Shown piece after piece: positions 23,282-36,550 of a stretch of DNA of 64,000 nt. This stretch comes from Lingula anatina (Eukaryota; Animalia; Brachiopoda), in NCBI GenBank assembly GCA_051362555.1, contig CM120641.1, forward strand, positions 5,828,001-5,892,000, read 5' to 3'. Each line of letters opens with the position of its first letter. The first letter of the stretch is position 1. A program made the translations under genes and the position numbers. The notes under the pieces are model-generated. The model saw only the letters and a list, made by a program, of their open reading frames with translations. It did not search any database and was not told where the DNA came from.

Positions 23282-26200
23282 CAAGGAGTTATAACAGAAG
23301 GAGATTACACGCGTGGGGGCGGAGCCCGTATTACGGTCTCTCATTGGTCGGAATGAATAGAACCCAGAGAACAATGGATGCCTATCTCTGTTACGCTTAA
23401 TTGCTACTCTCGTTTAAATCTCGTTTGTTAGTATCTGTGCCTTCGTCTGTTGATTTTTGAGGACAGAAACAGAAACGGAGTCCCAAGTTTCTAAAAAATG
23501 AGAGAAATACAGAATTTATATGATATTACGTTGGACAAGGTTTTCAAAAAACAGGTAAGTGCTTTTAAATGCATAACTACACGAAATATGAAGATAAATT
23601 GCAACTTTTATGTCGTAGGGTCTCACTGTGTAAGTGTCCAGCTACACGTTGATCTCGCGAGGTGGTGTGTGGAGAATAAATATTGCACGAAAAATATTTC
23701 CCACTCATAACAAGTGCCTATAAATATAGTATCAGATGAAGAAAGTTTGGTCTTTATACAGTTGCAATTGTTAAGTAATTTGTGGCAATAGCAAAGAATA
23801 AAACTTAGGTGCACTTTCAGTAGCCGAATAACAAGCAGATGCTTAAGCCGCCATCTTGTTAATATTTCGAAAAAAAATTACTCCAAAAGACATTTTCCTC
23901 CTACTTTTTGAAACTTGTGTCACATGACAGTCATAAAATTTAACTAATTGTTATGTGTGCAACACACTTGCTTGAGCAGTATTGTTTTTTTTTGTGATTT
24001 TACATGTGGTCTAGCTTGGATACGACAATTGACAATTTTCATGAGTTCCGATCAAAAAGTGTTACGCTTGTTACGGCCAAAAGCCTTACCGCTTTTTGTA
24101 CTTTTCAAATGCAAGATTATATAAAAATTTGGTGTGTTTAGATTCTTGAACATCTTGGTCGTGGCGTGGTATATATTGCATGGATACTGCTCCAATATTT
24201 CTTGAAAAAAATAACCCGATTTGTTCAGAATACCAATTTTTTACTCTAGTGTTATGGGTAAATGTACCATTTTGGCCTTTACCTTTTTCATGTCTAAATC
24301 TAAAAAGACTTATCATGACAGTTGGTCATCATTTTTCTTCTCACCATGGTGGGTGGCTTTGGAGTGGTAACTTTGTTGTTAAAGTAAAGTGCTCAGTTTT
24401 TTTGACTGGAAAATTTTGCCTCCACCCAGCATTTTCCATCATGGCGCTCTAACAGGAAGTTTGACTTCACAGTGTCTATGGTATAGTTTTTTTTAACTTA
24501 TTTAGTCTTCTTTTTACATATATATGTTTTAATTCATATTAAACCTTTGAAAAAAGAACACATGAATCCTGGTGCTTCTTAATTTAAAGTCTTAAGGTTT
24601 TAAGTTCACCTAGGCTCCACCAATTACTTTACTGTACCTGTTATCTCACTACACATCTCTCTTTGAGTCGAGGTGTGTAAGACGCACCTTATTGTGTAAG
24701 ACACCTCTATAATTAAGGGGTACTTGCTTCTCTACTTAAATTATACTTCACTACTTTGGCATGTTAGGTGGCAAGCTTGGATGTTTCAGTTCATTTTAAG
24801 AAAGAAGCTTTGCCTTGGTGGTTACAAAAGAATAGAACTCTATTAAGGTTTATTCATTACTTGAAATTAAATATTTCATCTTGTAGTGTTGAAACAAATT
24901 CTCTCAAAATTGATAATGAATTTGACATGCATATCTTAACACTACTCAAGTTTTTTTTTCTATTATAGATATGGGAGAAGGCTGCATTGAATATATGAAT
25001 TATGGTCAGGCTGGAAAAAATTAAAATATGTCAATGAAAAAAGGAGGTCAGTGTGTCTGGGGTAAGTTACTTTTGTCATAATGCCTAAGATGCATTAAAC
25101 ATTCACTAACAACAGTACCCTTTTTAATTTTTTTTTCAAAATACAACAACCTTGGGCATTTTCCTTTTAGCAACCAGCCTCTCTGAAATCCCCTTTTTGT
25201 CCTGTCAGAAGAGTAGGGACCAGGGCGGATTTAAATAATTTCTTGTAATAAGTACAATTTCTTTCAATTTCTTGGGGTTATTAGCTTGTGATCATGAATC
25301 TTGATGTTCTATATAAATTTAGTTGTAAATTGTTCATTTATGTGGTGAACATTATTTCAGTCAAGTCATAACAAGACACATTAAACTTCACTGCATAATT
25401 CCATAATGTCTACATGGATACTAGTAGTTCATAATGCTATTATTATGTTTTTTTTTCTAACCTACAGGTTTCTCTCTTTTCTGAGTGGCATGGCATTAGC
25501 AAGGCAGAAGAAAAGGCCCTGAAGAAATTCTCACTTGAGTTGTCCTTTTTGGAGAAGAAACTGGATAAGACTGGCCAACAGAGATTGCATTAAATTAATA
25601 GTGCTCCTTTATGACATTTTAAAATATTTTCAGTCACCTAACTGACTCTATACATTGCAAAAGTGGACATAAATTTTATGTTACTGTTACGCGGAAAAAA
25701 ATTCAAAACCTATATATAAATTGTTGAGTGCCATGGTATAACAGTCTACCTGATTGCCAGTGAAATTTCTGTTTCAGTGAAATTTCTTTAAAGCAGTCAC
25801 TTACTGCTTACTTACCAGTTAATTTTTTCAGCTGTTACATTTTATAAATGTTCTTACTAAGTTTTGTCTTGATCTAAAATAACCTTTTGAAAATCCCATG
25901 TTTTTCATCCTATTTGTAAGAATTAACCACTTTATCTTCTAGGATTTTTTTTTTCATTCGGCCCATTAGATTCTCAGACCTTGCTGGCCTGTAAGTGGAA
26001 TAGTATCTGGCACAGACTGGTATCAGCAAGTCAGATAAAAAAGAATATAATTATTTCTATTTGCACGGTTGAAAAAAATGCCATCATAGACTGCATAAAA
26101 CTGGAAAACTGTAGCAACTTAATCATTCTTATGACTTCATTTATTACTGCTTATGTGTAAAATTTTTGTTTTTGTTCTTCTATTGATATAATAAAATGGT

Positions 26201-27166
26201 TTTACTCACAGATGCTACTTTCATGAGTATAGAGTATAGAGTGCTTGAGTATAGAGTTGACTTAAAAGATATTTTAAGTTAATATAGTAGATAATAGTTT
26301 GAAATTCAATATTCTCATCTTTATTTGTTTCACTTTAAAGAGCTCAGTGAATACTAAAATTTCTGATATATTTTGTACATAAATATATTTATGAATGAAT
26401 AAAAATTATTCTTAATGTAAAGCACTGTGCACTTGTTTACCGACAAATATGAACAGTGTTAGTACGTGTCAAATAATCCTGAAAAAAAGGGAAATTTCCA
26501 AGATAAAGAAATTTATAACGAGTATTCAGTAAACTGACTTGTCGTGGCATTGCCTCAACCTTGGATTAAAATTTTAATTAAATGCATTATAATATTAAAA
26601 TTATACCGAGTGAGAGAAAAAATACTTTAAGAAATTTAAAACCAGACACAAAGCGTAGGCACTGTCACAATGTATATGTTTATGGGACCCAAGGGCAGGA
26701 GGGTCCAAACGTTAATGTATTAATATTATGTCCTTTGGCAGTGAGGACAGACGTTCACTTGAACGTCATTTTCACAAACCACAGTTGGGACGTTTTCTTG
26801 ACTTCTCCTTGGTGATTTTTCACCGGGCTGTGCCATAAAAAAGCCATCTATCACCGACTAAAAAAAGCTCATGGCGACCATCCTCAGTCACCACCTTATA
26901 ATCGCTTTCTATGATATCGTTCCCTTCCAGCACATCGTCCAAATAATTACCTGTGAAAAAAATCGTCAGCATACAGCTGCGCTTTAACATTACTGATCTC
27001 GAATTCTAACGCGAAATAACGCATATGAAATTTATCTCCAAGCGGAGGAGAGCGACGCAGACAAAACCTTGAGACCGGAGGCCCCCCGTAGCTAGCTCCG
27101 CCCACCGTAACAGACATCGGACAATAGAGAGGCTTGCGTGTAATCTCCTTCTGTTATAACTCCTTG
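23282..27166. mobile_element. P-element-like non-autonomous DNA transposon, 3885 bp
   Basis: Perfect 31-bp TIR CAAGGAGTTATAACAGAAGGAGATTACACGC (23282-23312 and 27136-27166). 7-bp TSD CTTGTAT (23275-23281 and 27167-27173). The CANRG terminus and 7-8 bp TSD are typical of the P superfamily. No transposase ORF seen. Confidence 0.85.
23498..25593 (+). CDS. Putative spliced 60-aa ORF inside the P-like element
   Basis: ATG at 23498, donor CAG|GTAAGT at 23554/5, acceptor TTTTTTTTTCTAACCTACAG| at 25467/8, in-frame stop at 25593. Product MREIQNLYDITLDKVFKKQVSLFSEWHGISKAEEKALKKFSLELSFLEKKLDKTGQQRLH. No homology recognised. Confidence 0.3.
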
Positions 27167-28759
27167 CTTGTATCGAACGCACTCTCTATCTAAGCTTTAC
27201 TTCAGTTATCTCAGGTAAAAATCTACCTTAGTTAGTTAGTTACAAAGCGCAGCTCCCGTAGCCTGGGAGAACACCAGGTTTATCGAGGAGCTAGAGAAAG
27301 AAAGGAAGAATTTTTCCTGCACAACTTCATAGGAATTTTAACACGGACTTGATCCAGCTTAGACCTCCAAACTAACAGGGTGACATGGGCAATTTTCACA
27401 AACAAATCATAAAACTATATTTCAGTTAACCGCCTTTAAAATAAATATACCGTTCTGGGTAAATTAAAATAGTTATTAAATCGCAAGAATATTTTTGACT
27501 TAAATGATGATTTTATTATTAATGGAAATTAAGCTACTATATGAGGTACATTTGCTGTGATTACGCTGTCCTTCATGTTTTGCGTAAGTCTACATTTTGC
27601 TGTATGTGCTTGTAATCTTTTTAAATATGTGCGTACAATTTTTGCAGGTCTGGTTACCCCCCTGTTATGTGATGAGAGTATTAATTTAGCAATTAGTTCC
27701 TTAGCTTATTTGAATAGAATTGCAGTGTTAAATTTTCAACAAGATGTTGGCGAAATAGCCCATTACTCTTTGTAGGTATTTCCCCCGTCAAAATTTGTCT
27801 AAAATTATCTTTCAATCTTTACTCTTTCAAAGACGGTATAAAGTTACCTGACATATTTTCGTGTAAACTTAATGACAAGCCAAGTGTCTCCAGTTCATTC
27901 CGTACTCAGTTTTACCCAAGCAAATTTTTTTCTTGAGTAGATCTTTATAGCACGGTGTTATAAGCTTACAAATTTGCAAAAAAAAATTGCGTACTGACGC
28001 AGAATTTGCGTTTCAAGTTATAAAATAATCAATCTTTTAAATTATTTAATATTTCAGATGAAATAATCTTCAGAAACAAATCTTCAAAGCATAAACGAAT
28101 TAGGATAACGAACCATTTTATTATAGCAGTTCCCATTTTTTCTTTAATATAACGCTCTTTTTCCTGTTTTTCCTCAACACGTTTTCTTCCACGGAAGCTT
28201 CAAGATACCCTGAGAGCAATTTCTTTTATTAATGTTCGCGACCGTGTTTGAACTTAATTGTTTAAGTATTGATATTTAACGTCATTTACAAATACCAATA
28301 AAATAACCCCATGAAATAAATGAGATATATTGAAAAATATGAAAGCCCACCAAGACGAGTTTCATACCTGTTATTACCTGGCTTGGGAATTGCAGCGGTG
28401 CATAATTAACAGGTTTGTTGTAAACGAGCTTTTGGTCAACTACAATGCATTTAAAATGCATCAGCAATCAGTAAGTTTGCCAACTGATGACAGTTAATCT
28501 GAAAGACTACCAGCTCTTGATATGATCTAAACCACCTGAGGTGACCATGATCTAGAGCATCGCAACTATTGTCACCAAAGTTAATAAGTAAGTCACAGAA
28601 GACCGTCACAGACAAAGAAAGATTGTCAACGAGAGCTGCAATTTTGGTGAATCCCACGGCAACACACCGAGGCATAACGCAAATTCCTCAACTCCGTTCA
28701 ACACAACTTTCCTTAACTTCTCCGTCTGTAAGCACTATGCAGCTCAGTTGGGTCTCATA

Positions 28760-28974
28760 GGCTCTGTTCTCACAACTTTTAGATCGATCTATCACCGCGG
28801 GGAGTCTCACTAGATTACTGTCAGATAATCCCCCTTAAGTGTCCGTCCCCGCCTACTACAAGCTTTAAGGGGTAATTAACTTTCGTGTTCGCCCGGCTGA
28901 CAGCTATTTAGCGTGAACCCCCAGGGAGTTAGGTCGATCCAATGTAGGTCGATCTAATCTATGAGAATGGGGTG
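28760..28974. mobile_element. Degenerate MITE related to 8188-8435
   Basis: Right arm AGTTAGGTCGATCCAATGTAGGTCGAT...ATGAGAATGGGG resembles AGTTGGGTCGATCCACGTAGACCGAT...ATGGGAATGGGG. Left arm is TTCTCA...AGATCGATCTA. Confidence 0.5.
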
Positions 28975-30262
28975 ATAGACCTTTATCGTGATTGTCGTCA
29001 CAGTACCACGTGACCCAGATCTGTTGCTTCATTTTTGCATATTGAGGTGAGGTTTACTAAAACGCTTTTTTTTCTACTAATAGATTGTTTTTATAATTTT
29101 TAAATGGCGGGAATCGATTAAAACATACCTCTAGTGTATAGATTGAGTGCTGTATCTTCAAAATTCAAGAAATGGATTTTTACATGAACATTGTCCTTTA
29201 ATGTCTAGTGTGGGTTAAATCTGCCGTTGTAAATATCATAATGGGTTTATAATGCATGAATCATTACACAGCTGTTGCAAAGATATATTCAGTGTCTCGC
29301 TCGTAAACATATTAATTTCAATGCGGGCTTTGGAGATGTATCTGATACCGTTGTGAAGTGGAACCAGTGTATCTAGATCTGTCGTTCATTAAATCGACCG
29401 ATTGCGTTCAACAAAGATCAACTAAAGCAATATTACAGACTTAATTGCGCCCAAAGATCCCCAAAGCTCGTAACAGTGTCGATAGTTGTGAATGCGTGGG
29501 GTGAGATTAACCTTTTATTTCCATTTTCTGCTGTTACAAATTTTATAACTTAAAGTACTGAAAAATGCGAAAGCTTTCTAATCATTCTGGGTCCTTGAAA
29601 CTGAAAGCCATTTGCATCGCAACGAAAATCCTAATAGTCCCCAACTGCTGCTTATGTTTTCGTAGGGAATGTTTTCGGCTAATGTAAGTAAAATGTAATA
29701 TTTAATGCTCAAATCGGATCCAAGTGAACATTATTACTTTATTTTATTTCAATATCATCTTAGTTTATTTAATCTTTGTGACAACAAGCCGTCTTCAATT
29801 GAAATCGATAGGAATATACCAAAGGTTGTTTCGTCATTTAAAATGTGTTCAGTGTTGCAAAAATCTTTTTAAACGAAAGAAAAACACAAAACCATTTTCC
29901 ATCAAATAAATATTTTAATAACGTTTTAAATAACATTTGATTAAATAGTCAATAACAATCCTCACATGTTCCCATGTCCCAGCAGTCATTATTTATTCAA
30001 CGCCAAGGAAAAGGCACTCAGTTTGAATTATTGATATATTTCACGCGTAGCACGTCTAAGGCATTAGAAAATAAAATATGACTTAGATATGAATATTTTG
30101 TAGCTTAACACTTCCTTTATCAATGAATTCTTGAAATTCAATTCATGAAATGACCCAGTGGATTTGTTCATAATAGTAACCTTGGTAATAGGGCTGTAAG
30201 AATAGGGAAACGAGCGTTGAAATTCAAACCACAAGACAAAATATCACAGGTAAATAAATAAT

Positions 30263-32339
30263 CTATCGACAGCCACATTCGTCAACAACCATATCTGAAT
30301 GATGCCGTACAACTATCTCATCGTGCTCGTAATACAGCATGCTGAGAGGTTTCAGTTTCGTGGGCACACAACACGGCATGGGGACATCATCAGGATGGAC
30401 CCAGCTGACCAAACCCTGCATAATGGCGTGGTTGCTGGGTGGGGTGGTATGCGATTGGTGCGGGCGACACTGTCCATAACAAAAATGAGCGTTAAAACGC
30501 TTCGGAAACACGATCCACTGATCCCACCCAATGTCACTGAAATCTACATAAAAATCATGCTTTGTGCAGGGACTTATCTCTGTGGGGTGTTTGTATTCAG
30601 TCCTGTTCTTCCTTCTGTCTTTGCGCTTTCTTCCACGCCTCCCCTTTCGCCCGGTGAATTTTGACTCCGGCGCAGAGCGAGCTGGCCTGGAATTAGCGGC
30701 TCTCTGGAAGTTTTTGAAAAATGCGTGGTCTTCTGAATACACCACTATGACAGCTTCCCTCGCTTTGCTAAGGGGAAGAATGCTTGCAGATTCCCCTAAG
30801 GCACGGAGTTTGAGATACACGTCTGTTGCAGTGATATTTTTGATGCTGGAAAGGCACTTCTTTATCAGAGGAGTTATCGTAAAAACCACATCTCCATTGA
30901 CTGTTCTTCTGCCCGGAGATCGCTTTCTTTTGATGAAATCCAACTTTTCGCCCGCAGAGACTTCTATGTCAGTTTTGTACTTGGGCAGAGAATCATTGGC
31001 GATCTCGTGTGATGGAATACGCAACTCGACCAGTCTTATGTGCTCTTCTTGTGGAATGTGGAATTTGCTGAGGACGAATGTCACCTCACCGGCATCGTCA
31101 TCTGTCTGGTTTCCTAAATATTGAGAAGAATAGAAATTACAAATATATTCATTTGATATTTGTGTTCAATTTTTTCGCTTTTTATAAACTTGGGGTTTCG
31201 TCTTTTATCAAAACTACGCGACGATTTTTTTACGTGGGCCAAGGACCCATCACACTAGTTTTATGGGTCCTAGGATGGTTGATGAAGGACTGTGAAAAGG
31301 TGAATATCGTTGTCATTCTCTATATCATGCTAATGAGGAGAGGCTTTTCCCACTTCATCAACCAAGTGAGATGTATCCAGTCTTCAAGACCACCAGCACA
31401 CTGTATGCATAGGATTGTTGACTAGCCTAGGTGTGAAACAGGTGGTATTATCGATAACACGTTCTAATCTTCATCACAAACTAGATTTTAAACTTTTAGA
31501 TTTTAAAGCAAATTTATTCTTCTCTTATGCTTTGAACTTCCGTAAATGTCATCTTTGGTGGTCGAATAGGATAATTAAATTATTGAAAATCGAAAATTTT
31601 GAGGTCTGATCTCATCGCGGTTAATAATCAATTGTACGCATGTTTTGGACTTTTTATTCAAAAGTTCGTCTGCTCGTTTAGATGTGAAACTGTTCAACGC
31701 GATATGCACGGTAGGGCTCGTAGGCCAATAGGCAAATCAATTTTCGTGAGATCATAATTAACAGTGAATGAGAGGGGTCGATTTGAAAATTAAGTTCTCC
31801 CACGTTCATATAGTTAACTCCTACAATCGCATTGCTTAACGTAGGTTGTATGTGATTAATTATATCAATATTCAGAAGATGGCAATTTACACTAAATAAA
31901 AGGTCGATATTTCATTCGAATATTCGACCGTTAATTAGAAAAATTATCTTATTAACAAAATCAAATAGGGCACATATATCATGCAAAAATCAATTTTCAG
32001 TTAAATACTAATTACATCAAAAGTAAGGGTCGATTTTTAATTAACTTCACAATACACCTGATGAGAAAATCTTTCCTGAATAAGACTTCCCTCCACATAC
32101 ATAGTGTTTGTGATGTACATTTGTCGGTATGCACCTCGAGCTACCTTAATAACCAGGTCTGTAGCCAAGAATTTCAAAGGGGGGGGGGGCTTTTTTTAAA
32201 AAAAAAAGTGGACCTTTTACCACGAAACCTTCGTGTTACAAGATCAGTTTTTACCCAGAGCAGACCTTTTCCCCGGCAAAAAGGAAGACTCGGTCGAACC
32301 CCCAGAACTCCCCCCCCCCCCCCCCCGACTATGTGCCTG

Positions 32340-32374
<35 letters not shown>

Positions 32375-33382
32375 CTATTTAGCTTTAATGTTACATGTTA
32401 ACATTGTTGGCTTTCTGTGATTTTTTAAAACTTCTGCTTCTTTACTCTACAAAAAGTAAGTAGTTTAATTTGTCAAGTAAATAACTATCAAAGTGTGTAA
32501 TTACAAAACGTTTTGAAAATAATTCCATTTATGGATTTATCGGATGCATTCTTCCCGAATTAACAATTTAAATTTAACAAACTGATTCGTTATAATTACT
32601 ATGTTTACATGGTAAGTTGAGTTTCTGTATTAGTCCCGACATTTGACGAATAGGAACGACATCAATAAAACCAATTATTGCAAATTACAGTATTTGTTGA
32701 CTAAAAGGAAGTCAATTCATAATTAACTTAACAATTAAGTCAGGTCAATTGAATAAAAAACACGTGCTAATTATCCGAATATTAATACAGTGATCTACAC
32801 TCATGAAAAACTCATCGTCAAGCTATTTTGTGTCTGCAAATGATGTTTGAAATGGATTTTAATTTCAATGTAGTAAGGATTCAACCAAAATTGAAGTAAA
32901 AGTGACTTTGAGTGGAATCCATAAACGATTGCAGAGTTTTGATTTCTATATCATATCACGGTAATAGACATTTCTACGGCCACTGCCTGTTGCCTTATAG
33001 TTGATGCTATTGTATTCGTCATGTGTGTAAAATCACGTGTACGTTAAGAAAACACTTGAAACATAAACAAACGTCAGAGGGAGATTTTCAATGAAAATTA
33101 AAAATTGTTACCTGATGCAGAAAAGCTTCTGATGGTGTCCGCAAAAGCTATGCCCTTTTCGACATCCTTATGACCCGATGCTTGTGGTAAGCTTTGTCCC
33201 TCCTGTAGATTTTTAAACACATCTATTAAAAATTTTGCATTAGCGCGTGTATAGCTCATGACCAAAACGTCATTGGAATTAAGAAGTACATCATCTGGAT
33301 TAGATGCGCCTGTTGTCTTGTATCTGGTCGCGCATAAAAGGGTCAAAATCACGAGAATTGCCTTTGCAGAGATGTACGACAT
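30263..33382 (-). CDS. nodal: Nodal (TGF-beta family ligand), 2 exons, 373 aa
   Basis: Exons 33382-33112 and 31113-30263, joined in phase 1 (SAS-G-NQTDD). Signal peptide MSYISAKAILVILTLLCA, prodomain ADTIRSF, RXXR sites (RPAR, RKNR). Seven-Cys mature domain CTKHDFYVDFSDIGWDQWIVFPKRFNAHFC..C..NHAIMQ..CCVPTKLKPLSMLYYEHDEIVVRHHSDMVVDECGCR; PKRFNA and HHxDM are Nodal-type. Confidence 0.88.
32155..32339. mobile_element. Short GC-rich MITE (hAT-like CAGG termini) in the Nodal intron
   Basis: CAGGTCTGTAGCC ... CGACTATGTGCCTG with poly-G and poly-C tracts. Internal AAAAAGTGGACCTTTTACCACGAAACCTT resembles the inverted copy at 63117-63235. Confidence 0.6.
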
Positions 33383-33523
33383 TTTCACTTCCGCGAGTGA
33401 CGTCTGGAACGAGCTCAGGATTGCAATTAGACTGTCTGGGAATATTGCGAAAACATTTATCCCCGATCCTTCCGCATCATTTGCTTACGGAACCTAAATT
33501 GTTTTGACAATGGCCAAAATGCT

Positions 33524-33535
33524 CCTACTTATAGT
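33524..33535 (-). promoter_or_regulatory. Candidate TATA box of Nodal
   Basis: Minus-strand CTATAAGTAG about 145 bp upstream of the ATG. Confidence 0.4.
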
Positions 33536-35876
33536 GCGGATCATAAGCCGTATTACCCCTTGATTATGCAAATTTTGATACCCGTATCTACTCGATTGTT
33601 TATCGATTAATCTACTTTATTGTTGTGATTCAGCGCACTATGTGAGACACGGACGGACGGGAAGAAAAGTTTTTATTTTCTTTAAACCACTGACAGAGAA
33701 AAGGGGAAACTTAAGAAGCGTGAAATTTAAATAGACTGATGAAACCCTATCCTCATTAGCCTAACAGGCATCCCGCAATCAAAGCAGCCATAGTTTCCAC
33801 CTGATTCAAGGCACCCCACCTGGGAAAACAGGGGTCCCGCCCTCTCCATTTCCTAGATCAGCGAACGCTTTGTCGCACTGTTTACTGAAAACAGCTGCAC
33901 AGCACTTCCCACTCAACCATTGTGCTTTTTTTCAATTACGCGTCCACTGAAAAACAAAAGCGCATTTTGCTGTATACCTTTTTTTAGCTCATGCACAATT
34001 CCACAAGGCGGGACTGTATGGCAAAGTGATGTCAAGCGTTCTCATCAAGGGCAAGTTTGTTTCACCCGAAACTAAATAAAGGACACACTTCAAGCTCTCA
34101 AGCCCGGTGGTCAGAAGTGTACTTAAGAGTGCATTAACTGTCATAATTCCATGGTTCTACAAATAAATTAATTACTGTGACAACATAAGAACTTAGAGCC
34201 TATTAAGCAAGGGGGGCCAACTCCGTAGAGACCTCCCAACGTTGGGATAATGCACAGGATCAACAATCAGATAAAAGAAGTACAACATGGCGAGAAATAT
34301 GTGCAAATAACGTGTGAAGATATTGTGTCAATCCCATATGGGACTCTCTTTATCACACTAAAGCAGATGAAGTGCCAACTCAAACTGATAAAGAACTGCT
34401 ATGAAACTGATTTTTTTCTTGAAAGAAAATAGCTTTTTATGTTTTGCTTTGTGTAAAAGAACCGGGCTACTGCCATCAAGTACAAGTCTTTTAAGACTTA
34501 AAATTGTTATAAATCTATAAAATAGCACAAAATAGTTGCACATATGCAGATGTGTCCTGCAAAAAAAGGTACATTGTACGTCTCGGATGTGTATTCTATT
34601 GAAATCTGCTTAATAAAATGAAACTCCGTTTAAAACCACTTTCAAAGGGAACACCAAAATAATCATATGAGACTCAAAACACAAATTTGAGAAACTAAAA
34701 TTTTCAGTGAGACCAAGCTATTTGCATTACCGCGTATTTGACGTGCGTCATTAAAATCATTCTCTTGTGATCCCTTCGTTTTTTTACTACTTCATTCCGG
34801 GTATTCCCTAATTAATTCATATAATGTAGACGTTTTGAATTAAACTTTGCTTAACAAACTAAAAAAATAATGCTTTTCATTTTTAACAAAAATGATTTAA
34901 ATCAACCAGCGTACTTTTTTAATAGACGTACCTATTTTGGCATGTCACATGTACGTAATTAATTATTAAAACTCCCTTTCTCTGAAATAAATCCAATCAG
35001 ATGTTTTTTCATTATAATGTAGTATGTGATGTCGTGTTGCGTCCTTCGCCGTACCAGTACAGCTGTATTAAGCAACGATCACGTGAAATACACCTCACGA
35101 ATTGTTTACCTAGTTACGTTGATCCATGCCCATATTTTCATCAATGGTTTCGTACCTTTAGCACAGATCTATTCGTCTGGGTCACGGTGACATGATGCAG
35201 AAACTACGGCAGGAGACGCTCCAATGTCATACCCCGGTAAATGTGTATCCCCCAGTCGTCCTCGACAAAAGGTAATCTCTGTCCAGTTAGAAAGGTTTGC
35301 AAATTTTTCATTTTTTTCTGGTCATTTGTTTATTCATCATTTTATTTAATAATCCACTGTCATCAATTCCCAAATATTTGTTGTAAATTTGCACTTGGAG
35401 GGCAAAGATAACATTCAAATATTTATCCATACAAATTTAATCACAATATCTTATCTACTAGTAAAATAACTGATAAACGATTGCTGTATAATTTGATTAT
35501 AAAGACAATGCAGTGTATTGAAACATTTAATCAATCACAATGTTACAGAAATATATATTTTATTCACATTCAACCAAAATACAAATTTTGTAAAGATGAA
35601 CAGCAAGTAGAACCTACTGTACATGTAGTAGACAATGAATCTCTTTGCAAATCAGTCAATTATGCATACGAAACAGTTATAAAAATAATTTGACTTAACA
35701 GTATAATCCAAAAGTGAAATCAAATACCAAATCATGGTAATAGTTGATCATTTACGAGACTCATGTTTCATAATAAAGAATTCCTCTGTGTGGAATGAAA
35801 ATTTAAGCAAATTTGGCAATGGGAACATGTCATCAGTTCCAATGCAAATGTCACTTCAGTGTGAAAGATTGCTCTA

Positions 35877-36146
35877 CTGGGCCCCATTTCATCAACCCTG
35901 GATAGTGGTTATCCTATGGATAACACTATCCTTTGGATAAAATTATTATCCACTGGACAGTTATCTTGAGGACAGCAGCCTTTTTTAACCACTGGAAAGC
36001 AATATCTGAGACAAAAATAAGAATTTGCTGTTAACTAAACATTACTTTACCCACAGCATAATTGCCCAGAGGATAACAATTTAATCTGATGGATAGTGTT
36101 ATCCACAGCATATAGCGCTATCCTGTATTGATGAAACTGGGCCCAG
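35877..36146. mobile_element. MITE with CTGGGCCC termini
   Basis: CTGGGCCCCATTTCATCAA ... TTGATGAAACTGGGCCCAG, with internal repeated GGATA(G/A)/TTATCC motifs. Confidence 0.8.
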
Positions 36147-36550
36147 GGGTGCACTTACAATATTATACTCCACAACTCATACTGATGCTTGTTCAACTCA
36201 ATGATTTCCTTTCCAACAAGTTCCTACCACTGGAATATCTCAACTAATAATCAAAAGGAGACACAGTGCAGGCAACTTATACTTTGTATTTCACAATAAG
36301 TACTGTTTTCTCATTCATCTTTTTAACTATTTTACAAAACCACTTTTAAATATCTTTAAAAGATGCAATATGCCCTGCATATTGCAAATCACAGTAAATG
36401 TTTGGAAGATTTTTGAAAATCATACACCCTTTATAAAAGCAGCTAAATAGTCAACAGCTGATACAAAGGGTGTAAATCAGTCCATTCCTGCAAATCCAAG
36501 TCCTTCCAACTAATATGGTGACACTATCAGAATAGCTGCCTCCCACTCTC

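Noticed and set aside
28451-28675. ORF starting MPRCVAVG, resembling a THAP N-terminus
   Set aside because: The second Cys, FP, W and C..HF residues of THAP were not found in the frames checked.
30299-31124. Plus-strand ORFs of 121 and 186 aa
   Set aside because: Antisense shadows of Nodal exon 2 with no recognisable motifs.
31114-33111. FoxH1-type asymmetric enhancer in the Nodal intron
   Set aside because: I found no clean AATCCACA/AATACACA pair by eye, and GTGGGAA matches are too short to be significant.
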